From IMG/VR virus record IMGVR_UViG_3300032266_000697, positions 1-31,387 of that record: 31,387 nt of DNA; one strand, 5' to 3'. Positions 1 through 6,369 of the stretch are shown here, in pieces. Source of the stretch: a virus (taxonomy: Duplodnaviria > Caudoviricetes). Position 1 is the stretch's first letter. Every line of letters starts with the position of its first letter. The position numbers and the translations under genes were made by a program. The notes under the pieces are model-generated. The model had not been told where the DNA came from. It did not search any database and was given only the letters and a program-made list of their open reading frames with translations.

Positions 1-298
1 CCTGCGAAAACCGACGCTCCCATCCGGGGATCGCCACAGTTCCGTTTTCCGCGTCAATCACAAGCCAGCCCACCGACTCGACCTCCCGCCAGAACTCGTC
101 GTCACCGCCGCACAGCTTCGCCAACAGCCGGACAGACATCCGGGCCGTGCCGTCCGAACTGTTGAGCGCCGCCCAGCCCCACAGCATCAGGAGCCGCCCG
201 ACGACCTGGTCCGGCTGGAGGCCGGTCCGGTCGACGAGCTCGAGCACCTCGGGCTTCTGGGGTAGGCAAACGTCGTATGGGACCCACTCACCGGCCAT
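1..298 (-). CDS. Phage replication initiator / replisome organiser, N-terminal part (runs off window start; not in ORF track)
   Basis: Manual translation MAGEWVPYDVCLPQKPEVLELVDRTGLQPDQVVGRLLMLWGWAALNSSDG...EVESVGWLVID...IPGWERRFSQ; AAGGAGG RBS upstream of ATG at 298; MAGxW...W.W...DG...VGWL...IP pattern typical of phage initiator N-termini. Confidence 0.7.
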   Translation of the reverse strand, partial: MAGEWVPYDVCLPQKPEVLELVDRTGLQPDQVVGRLLMLWGWAALNSSDGTARMSVRLLAKLCGGDDEFWREVESVGWLVIDAENGTVAIPGWERRFSQ

Positions 299-309
299 CC
301 TTGGCCTCC

Positions 310-1197
310 TTACTTAACAGAAACAGAGTTTGCTTCAGCAGCCAGACAGTCGCCGTGGCATCGCTGCGGGTAGCAATGACAGACCAGCACCTTGCCGGTC
401 AGGTCGCCTGAGTCAATGCGATCCGTGATCGACGGCTTGCGAGTGATGTAGTGCCGCTCGTATGCGTCGCAGACCTCATCGCGGTCACCGTCTTCATCCA
501 GAATGAACGGGTTGCCGTAGCGGGTGCCCCTGTCGATCCTGACGGCAAGACCCTTACCTTCAGCCCAGCAGATCAGGTTCTTGTCTGCCGAGGCGTTAGC
601 CACAACAGTAAGTCCACGGAACACCTCGGCTTGGCGGTCTTTCTCGTCTTGTCGCCAATCGTCTGTTGGCTTTTTTGCCACCTCGCGCTTTGCATCCTGA
701 AGCGTGATCTTTCCGGCCTTCAGTCGCTCAAAGACTTCCGGGGCTTCGGTCTTGACCTTCTTTGCGTCGGAAACGTAGCGGTCGTTGACGCCGACAGACT
801 TGGCGGCTTCTTCACGAGCCTGCGCCCTCTTTTGTTCAGGAATTTTTTCCTTAACAGATTCCGCCTTTGGCTTGCGAGCCTGCCTTCGCTTGGCGTCTGC
901 GGCAAAGTGCGGCTCGAGCTCAGCAGCAACAGCAGCGAGCGCCCCCTTGTTCATGTGCCGCCGCCTGTCGTTGAGCGACACGGCGAACGCGGTCGGCTCA
1001 TCGCCTGTGTACTCCTTTGTCTTTGGCTCAATCCCCGCAATCTTGCAGGCTGCCCAACGGTTTCGACCGTCGAGGATCTTCCCGTCGTAAAGCCACACCG
1101 GCACAAGCTGGCCGTTCTTGCGGATGTCGTCAGCCAGCTCAGCCAGCTTAGCCTCTTCCATCATCGGCCAAACATCGGCAATCGGGTGGTTCTTCAT
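310..1197 (-). CDS. ParB/Spo0J-like N-terminal domain fused to C-terminal DUF4326-like domain
   Basis: Start MKNHPIADVWPMM at 1197 with AAAGGA RBS; ParB motif LADDIRKNGQLVPV...ILDGRNR; C-terminal RGTRYGNPF...GKVLVCHCYPQRCHGD matches the DUF4326 pattern. Confidence 0.8.
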   Translation of the reverse strand: MKNHPIADVWPMMEEAKLAELADDIRKNGQLVPVWLYDGKILDGRNRWAACKIAGIEPKTKEYTGDEPTAFAVSLNDRRRHMNKGALAAVAAELEPHFAADAKRRQARKPKAESVKEKIPEQKRAQAREEAAKSVGVNDRYVSDAKKVKTEAPEVFERLKAGKITLQDAKREVAKKPTDDWRQDEKDRQAEVFRGLTVVANASADKNLICWAEGKGLAVRIDRGTRYGNPFILDEDGDRDEVCDAYERHYITRKPSITDRIDSGDLTGKVLVCHCYPQRCHGDCLAAEANSVSVK

Positions 1198-2095
1198 CGT
1201 CCGTGAATCCTTTCGTGGCAGGCTCGGCAAACGAGCAGGTAGTCGGAGTCCGCGTATTCCCACGGCTCCAGATCGGCGTCGTATCTCCGGTGGTGAACAA
1301 CAGTTGCTGCCCCGTCGAGGCAACACGCCTGGCAGCGATGTCCGCGAGTGACAAATAGGGCCATCCGCTTGGCCTTCCATCGTTCATCGAGCAGCTTTCG
1401 AGCGTATGTTGCAGAGTCGTTTTTTTTAGACGGTGGACGTGGACTACAACCCACACATTGCGGTGGTCTTTTGCGTTTCCAATCAAAAGCCACTTCGTGT
1501 AGTCAATGTCTTCGACGCGCAGGTTCGACCACAGTTGAGACGTGTTGGATGGGTTTCTTCGGAGCCACTCATACGCCTCGTGGGCACACAATTGGTGGTC
1601 GTGTTTTTTCCCGGCCGCGCTCTTCCACCAAATGTATGGACGCTGCGGGGTCTCGCATTGGGTCATGACCCAGTCTGGCGACTCGTCAAACTCGCGCACT
1701 TCCATTCCGTAGCCAATGCCAGTCGTTGCTTGCGGAATCAGCGCGATACTTCTTCGCTCACGGTTAAGGAAGTCGATCGGATCTTCGTCCCCATATTCAA
1801 GGATGGAGGCATTAAGTATCCGTCGTTTCTCTGGCGACGAATCGACCTTGCCGCAGACATCAACGCCGACAAGCTTCCAGCTTTCCGGCCTGCTGTCTCC
1901 TGCGTGGATATGAACGCTGCATGACACGCGATCCCACACGCTCACCTTTCGCATGATCTCGCCAAACTCGGCGTATATGCGGCACAGACCGTGCTCATCT
2001 CCAAGAACAATCGCGCATTGAACAGCGCGGCCGTCCTTTGTCCTATTAGGAGCACCGATCCCAAGCACAATCCCGTTGATGGTGTCGCCGCTCAT
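1148..2095 (-). CDS. Conserved hypothetical protein with D-x-RPES-x-K motif
   Basis: ATG at 2095 coupled (ATGA) to upstream stop; motifs VLG..P....C....CRIY...W...DSRPESWK...LLIGN..HRN.W recall a family I remember near DUF488 genes (unverified). Confidence 0.65.
   Translation of the reverse strand: MSGDTINGIVLGIGAPNRTKDGRAVQCAIVLGDEHGLCRIYAEFGEIMRKVSVWDRVSCSVHIHAGDSRPESWKLVGVDVCGKVDSSPEKRRILNASILEYGDEDPIDFLNRERRSIALIPQATTGIGYGMEVREFDESPDWVMTQCETPQRPYIWWKSAAGKKHDHQLCAHEAYEWLRRNPSNTSQLWSNLRVEDIDYTKWLLIGNAKDHRNVWVVVHVHRLKKTTLQHTLESCSMNDGRPSGWPYLSLADIAARRVASTGQQLLFTTGDTTPIWSRGNTRTPTTCSFAEPATKGFTDDEEPPDCRCLADDGRG
1194..1493 (-). CDS. HNH endonuclease-like domain (may be reached by frameshift rather than its own start)
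   Basis: YARKLLDERWKAKR...CQAC...VHHRRY...PWEY...VCRACHERIH; stop overlaps the ParB start as ATGA; only a GTG start without a clear RBS. Confidence 0.75.
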   Translation of the reverse strand: MAFDWKRKRPPQCVGCSPRPPSKKNDSATYARKLLDERWKAKRMALFVTRGHRCQACCLDGAATVVHHRRYDADLEPWEYADSDYLLVCRACHERIHGR

Positions 2096-2412
2096 GTTGC
2101 CCTCCATTCCCTCTCGCCCCTACCACTCGAGCTCGTCACCTGCCGGCCCGTCTGAACAACCCGCCCGTCGCGCTCCAGCTTGGCCATCCGCTTACCGACC
2201 TGGTGCGAGTTGAGGCCGCACCGCTTGGCGATGCCGCTCACGCCGGCAGGGCCTTCCAAGAGGGCAGCCATGATCTGCCTACGATGCCGCTCGTCGAGCT
2301 CGCCCGCATCGTCGGCAGCCGCGTGCGACGTCTCCGGGTCTGACGACCTGGCTGCGCCGAACAGCGGCAGCGACTCTTCGATCGGTGGTGTCACCCAGTG
2401 CGGTCTGGTCAT
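2092..2412 (-). CDS. Winged-helix DNA-binding protein
   Basis: ARSSDPETSHAAA motif common in phage wHTH proteins, then GVSGIAKRCGLNSHQVGKRMAKLE; coupled to both neighbours. Confidence 0.7.
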   Translation of the reverse strand: MTRPHWVTPPIEESLPLFGAARSSDPETSHAAADDAGELDERHRRQIMAALLEGPAGVSGIAKRCGLNSHQVGKRMAKLERDGRVVQTGRQVTSSSGRGEREWRAT

Positions 2413-2690
2413 TGGCGCGCCCCCTCAATGTGCTGCCTGGCTGCCTTGGTGAAGATGCTCTGGTAACCGTCCTCGTACCTGATCCACAGCTCGTAGGTGT
2501 TTGCTCGATGCTCGACGACACGTACTCCGAACTTTCTCTTCATCCACTGGAGATGTCGTCGTACTGTTTTCTCACTGCACTCCAGCGAACTGCACATGTC
2601 CATCAGGGTGGCTCCCTGCAACCGCGAAAGCATGGCATCAATGATCGCCACGTTTTCCAGACTCGACCGTGTTGCAACCTTTGGTGGCAT
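2409..2690 (-). CDS. HTH DNA-binding protein
   Basis: Start MPPKVATR at 2690 (TAATG overlap, GGAGG RBS); TLMDMCSSLECSEKTVRRHLQWM helix-turn-helix. Confidence 0.65.
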   Translation of the reverse strand: MPPKVATRSSLENVAIIDAMLSRLQGATLMDMCSSLECSEKTVRRHLQWMKRKFGVRVVEHRANTYELWIRYEDGYQSIFTKAARQHIEGARQ

Positions 2691-2839
2691 TACTTGGCCC
2701 CCTCCTTCTTCTTGAGTTTCAGCACGCCGTACACGGCGCCCTTGCTGCAGCCCGTCCGCTCGGCAATGCCGTTGACGGACACGCCCTGGGCGTGGAGCTG
2801 CTTGACCTTTGCGGGATCTACTTTCTGTCGTCCTGGCAC
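2690..2839 (-). CDS. Small HTH protein (resolvase/Hin-type HTH)
   Basis: GTG start with GAGG RBS; VKQLHAQGVSVNGIAERTGCSKGAVYGVL. Confidence 0.65.
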   Translation of the reverse strand: MPGRQKVDPAKVKQLHAQGVSVNGIAERTGCSKGAVYGVLKLKKKEGAK

Positions 2840-3006
2840 GTGGCACCTCGTCGTTGTGTATTGGCCCCGTGACGTGGGGCAGGCGGCTCGGTCATCAGGC
2901 AAGGCGAATAATCCCGACCCGAGCTGCGGTGGTTACTCGCCACTCCCGCGAGGCGACCCATGCGGCGGATGCAAACGCCGCGACGACCAGGGCGGGCCGA
3001 TGTCGG

Positions 3007-3324
3007 TCACTCGTAACGGATCACCGCAAACCAACCGCGAGGGCCGCGGGCCACGCCCTGTTCCACGATGCGGTAGCGGCCACGCTGGGCATCGCGGAAG
3101 AAACAACACGACTCGATCGCCTGCCGCGCCGAGCTCGAGGAGTAGCCGATACCCTCTCGCCGGCCGTTTAGAATCCGGCAGTGGGCCATCCGCCCGGTGC
3201 GGGCGTTTTCCTCGGCCTGCTCTTGGGCCGTGATCGTCGTCGTCACCGTAAACACCTGCTCGGCCTGGGCCATGCCGCCCAGCAGCAGGGCCAGCGTCAT
3301 CGCCACCATAAATCTCGCGCTCAT
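3007..3324 (-). CDS. Secreted small CAP/SCP-like protein
   Basis: GGAGG RBS, signal peptide MSARFMVAMTLALLLGGMAQA; AQEQAE...MAH...EGIG...CC...GVARG..GWFAVIRY resembles a reduced CAP domain. Confidence 0.55.
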   Translation of the reverse strand: MSARFMVAMTLALLLGGMAQAEQVFTVTTTITAQEQAEENARTGRMAHCRILNGRREGIGYSSSSARQAIESCCFFRDAQRGRYRIVEQGVARGPRGWFAVIRYE

Positions 3325-3371
3325 GTCAGATTCCTCCGTGAACCAAATCGAACCGTGGGCACCGTGCCCGA

Positions 3372-3647
3372 TCACCACTCGCCGCCGTAGCGGCTTTTCA
3401 TCCGATCGATGTACTCGTCCTCGCGTCCTTCCTTGGTCGCCGCCTGGGCGTGCTGATTGCCGGGAGCAATGACGATGTCCGTCCTGCACTCTGGCGGGAT
3501 CCTGCACGGCTCAATCGGGAACGTGTTCAGCCGGTCGTCCTCCTCCTGCTGCTCAGCCAGCAAGTCGTTGGCCTCGCGGATGCGTCGCAGCCGGGCCTGT
3601 TCGGCCCAGTAAGGGCTCAGCGTCGTCGGCACTGGTGGCTTGCTCAC
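3372..3647 (-). CDS. Hypothetical protein
   Basis: GAGGAG RBS before GTG start; fits operon spacing. Confidence 0.55.
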   Translation of the reverse strand: MSKPPVPTTLSPYWAEQARLRRIREANDLLAEQQEEDDRLNTFPIEPCRIPPECRTDIVIAPGNQHAQAATKEGREDEYIDRMKSRYGGEW

Positions 3648-3657
3648 GTGTTGCTCC

Positions 3658-4134
3658 TCAGAATGGGATGTCGTCTGACCCGATCGCCGGGGAAGACGCC
3701 CGGACCTTGGCGGCCGGCGTCCGTGCCTGTCGCTTCGACTTCTCAGCGGCCTCCTGCTTGAGCTGCTCGATCGCCATGAACTTCCACACGTTCACGAACA
3801 CGCGGCCGTTGTTGCCGGCCCTGTGCCGAATCTCAGCCATCACCCGGCGGCCCGTGAGGTCGTCCGACGCCGTGTCGGCCCACTCCTGCTCGGACAAAGC
3901 CAGAGCCCCGGCGAGCTGGGCCACCAGCACCCTCGCCCAGGTCTGGCCCTTCTTGAGCGAGACCTTGACCCACCAGTAGCGTCGATCCTCGTGGGCGAGC
4001 TCGAGCACAAGCTGCGTGGTGTCCTCAGACACCGTTTTGATCTGCAGCTCGTGGACGCCCTCGGGTAGCTCCACACGATCGCCGCTGGTCTGCGCTGCCT
4101 GCTGCGGCTCATCCACCGAGATGTTCCAGTCCAT
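3658..4134 (-). CDS. ssDNA-binding protein (DUF669-like)
   Basis: LPEGVHELQI motif, acidic C-terminal DDIPF tail, directly downstream of Sak4-like ATPase; alternative start at 4200. Confidence 0.75.
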   Translation of the reverse strand: MDWNISVDEPQQAAQTSGDRVELPEGVHELQIKTVSEDTTQLVLELAHEDRRYWWVKVSLKKGQTWARVLVAQLAGALALSEQEWADTASDDLTGRRVMAEIRHRAGNNGRVFVNVWKFMAIEQLKQEAAEKSKRQARTPAAKVRASSPAIGSDDIPF

Positions 4135-4186
4135 CTGATTCCTTTCCTGTTGTTGTTTCTTCCCAGCCCTCATCGACGCCCACGAG

Positions 4187-5143
4187 TCATGCCACGCCAT
4201 TTACCGCCCCCCTCGGCTCAATCACGTCGTGCCGACGCGACACCGCCTGGTGCAGCTCGGCGGCCTCGTCGGGAGACAGTTGGCCCTCGGAGACGAGAGC
4301 GTCGATCCGGTCGGCAATCTTTCCGAGCGTCCGCACGCTGCTCGCCTGGCTGATGTGCGTGGCGATCCTGATGGCCAGCGGCTCCTCGACAGGCGAGCCG
4401 TCCCCTGTACCGCCGGTAGCGTCAGCGGTTCTTGCAGGCGTCGGCGCCGACACCACAGGGGACGGGAGCCCGTCCGAGAGCCAAGCAGCAAGCTGCTGGC
4501 CAAATTCTTCGCCCGGCTTGTCGATGAGCTTGTCTTGGAACTTGCCGGTGCGGTCCTTGATCACGTGGCCGATATGCTCGGTCGAGATCTCCAGCAACAG
4601 GTCAAACTCATACTCAATGCCTTTGCCCTGCTCCGGGGCCAGGCCGACACGCTGAGGCGTCTTCTTGCCGTTGTTGTCCACGGTCGTCCACTCGGTCTTT
4701 GACCGCATCGTGGCAATCACGTGGCCGGGGTAGTTGAGGATCGCCTGGACGAGCCGCCGCTGGTGCGGCGTGCCCTCGCTCCACGCGCTCCACGTGTTCC
4801 CCCTGTACTTCGCTTTCGCCAGCTTCTCGACCTCCTCAAGGAGCGTCTGCCAGCCGTGCGACAGGCTGTCGATAATCAGCACCGCATACCCAGCCTTGGC
4901 GGCCTCGCCGATTGCGGCCACGTAGCCGTCAATGGTCTGGTCCTCGAGCTCCAGCACGTCGAACGAGAAGCGGTCGGCGTACTTGCTGGCCGAGCCGCGC
5001 TCGGTGTCGATCACTGCGATTGGCCTGCCGCCGGCAAGGCCCGTGCCAACTCGGAGACTGGTGAACGTCTTGCCGGCTCCGCTCGGCCCATGAATCGCCG
5101 CGTGGAGGTTTGCCTGTGCCTTTGTCGCTTTCTTGAATCCCAT
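4187..5143 (-). CDS. Sak4-like AAA ATPase / single-strand annealing recombinase (AAA_24-like)
   Basis: Walker A GPSGAGKT, IDTERGS, Walker B LIIDSLSH, EYEFD, KDRT. Confidence 0.85.
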   Translation of the reverse strand: MGFKKATKAQANLHAAIHGPSGAGKTFTSLRVGTGLAGGRPIAVIDTERGSASKYADRFSFDVLELEDQTIDGYVAAIGEAAKAGYAVLIIDSLSHGWQTLLEEVEKLAKAKYRGNTWSAWSEGTPHQRRLVQAILNYPGHVIATMRSKTEWTTVDNNGKKTPQRVGLAPEQGKGIEYEFDLLLEISTEHIGHVIKDRTGKFQDKLIDKPGEEFGQQLAAWLSDGLPSPVVSAPTPARTADATGGTGDGSPVEEPLAIRIATHISQASSVRTLGKIADRIDALVSEGQLSPDEAAELHQAVSRRHDVIEPRGAVNGVA

Positions 5144-5291
5144 GTCTGCGTCCTTTGCTACTGTGCTACTGGTGAGAAAAGCCCGTTTCGCATCGTGCTG
5201 GCGGGCGGATGAATGCGTCCTTGCTGCTGCCGTCTCCGACGGCCATCCTTCCGGGGCGCGGCTCCACCGCCCCCCGGTCCTTTTTGGTCGG

Positions 5292-5543
5292 TCAGAAGGG
5301 CAACACGTTGCCCACGGGCCACGGCCGCGGATCGACCTCGACGATGTCGTCGGCCGTCTCCACGAGCAGCTTTCCGTTGTGGTGGTCAGTGACCCGGCCG
5401 TCGTCGTATGAGCTGTCGCTCCAGCCGTTCAGCCGAAACGAGATGTGGTCGCCGATGGCAAACGTGTCGGCGTGGCGTGGCGATCCGTAGGTCTCCTGCA
5501 TTCCGGCGACTGCGGCGGCGTATTCGGCGTGATGTGCATCCAT
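5292..5543 (-). CDS. Hypothetical early protein
   Basis: AAGGAG RBS; acidic, beta-rich C-terminal half. Confidence 0.6.
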   Translation of the reverse strand: MDAHHAEYAAAVAGMQETYGSPRHADTFAIGDHISFRLNGWSDSSYDDGRVTDHHNGKLLVETADDIVEVDPRPWPVGNVLPF

Positions 5544-5617
5544 CGTGTGGGCTCCTTTTGAGGTGTGTTGGGACCAGTGAACAAACGATCAGTCAACGAG
5601 TCAAGGGGTTGGTTTGC

Positions 5618-5643
5618 GTCCCGCTATCGGGACCATTTGTCTA
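5618..5643 (-). promoter_or_regulatory. Palindromic operator GTCCCG-N4-CGGGAC next to a TAGACA -35-like hexamer
   Basis: Perfect 6-bp inverted repeat at 5618-5633; near copy at 5863-5878 with identical spacing to a -35 hexamer. Confidence 0.6.
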
Positions 5644-5776
5644 CGAGAAAACTCGCGGGAAAAGAGGCCAGCAGCTCAAGGAGGTCGTGAACCGCCCTCG
5701 CCGCCGGAGAGTCGCTGCCGAGATCCTGTCCGATTCGGACAAGAACGAGCGATTGAAAGAGTCGGTCGAGTTTCAT
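5624..5776 (-). CDS. Small hypothetical protein
   Basis: MKLDRLFQSLVLVRIGQDLG..., preceded by AAGGA; first ORF after the 5859-5888 promoter. Confidence 0.5.
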   Translation of the reverse strand: MKLDRLFQSLVLVRIGQDLGSDSPAARAVHDLLELLASFPASFLVDKWSR

Positions 5777-5858
5777 CTTCACAGTGCCATCCTTGGCTTT
5801 GACCACGTGGGCCGGTTTCGCAAACCGGCTCGCCCGCTGGCATTCATTGCCGGCGGGG

Positions 5859-5888
5859 ATTACACCCGTCATCGGGACTAATTGTCAA
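5859..5888 (-). promoter_or_regulatory. Sigma70-type early promoter with operator in the spacer
   Basis: TTGACA (5888-5883), 18 nt, TGTAAT (5864-5859); spacer holds GTCCCGATGACGGGTG. Confidence 0.6.
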
Positions 5889-5938
5889 GAGGGATTAGAA
5901 AAAATCGAAAACACTGAAAACAGGCCGCGAAACAGGGC

Positions 5939-6169
5939 TCAGTCGGCCTGGAATCCTTGCGACCGTTTTTTCTTTCGGCCGCCGTCACTGCGGCCAGCGA
6001 GCTTGCGCACGTCCTCGATGTCGAACCACCACACGCCGGCGTGCTCTTCTGTGCGGACGCGATCTTCTCTGGCCAGCCGACGCATGTATGACATCGTGCA
6101 GCCGTAGGCTTCCGCCGCCTCGCTGCAGCTCACGATTTCGCGACCATTCTCGTTCTTCACGGCGATCAT
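5939..6169 (-). CDS. HTH_17/excisionase-like DNA-binding protein (candidate repressor or Xis)
   Basis: SCSEAAEAYGCTMSYMRRLAREDRV...WWFD; divergent from integrase. Confidence 0.75.
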   Translation of the reverse strand: MIAVKNENGREIVSCSEAAEAYGCTMSYMRRLAREDRVRTEEHAGVWWFDIEDVRKLAGRSDGGRKKKRSQGFQAD

Positions 6170-6175
6170 CCCTGA

Positions 6176-6203
6176 ATGGTACCGATCGAATTTCACGGGT
6201 CAA
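6176..6203 (-). promoter_or_regulatory. Promoter for a probably leaderless HTH transcript
   Basis: TTGACC (6203-6198), 16 nt, TACCAT (6181-6176), 6 nt, ATG (6169); no SD. Confidence 0.5.
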
Positions 6204-6227
6204 ACCGACCCATGCGTGGAACCGCCA

Positions 6228-6255
6228 GCCGCCCCTCCCTAGAATGAGGGGCGGC
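6228..6255. repeat. 10-bp inverted repeat between divergent HTH and integrase genes
   Basis: GCCGCCCCTC-cctagaat-GAGGGGCGGC. Confidence 0.7.
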
Positions 6256-6369
6256 CAGCGAAGTATCAACGGAGAGGGCTCTGTTCCGGTATACTTGCGT
6301 ACAGTATCCTAAGTTGGATGCTGGCTGGCCATGAATTCGCATGGAGGCGAGCAGCCATGAGGTGTAGAG

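Noticed and set aside
1198-1380. N-terminal 61 aa of the 356-aa ORF 310-1380
   Set aside because: Overlaps two other frames; RBS and ATGA coupling point to the start at 1197
2878-2900. CTGATGA on the minus strand suggesting a hammerhead ribozyme
   Set aside because: No correctly placed GAAA core or three-stem junction found
6266-6290. CGGAGAGGG resembling the reverse complement of a tRNA-Ser 3' end (attP core)
   Set aside because: Match is too short and lacks the T-arm sequence; not supportable without a host genome
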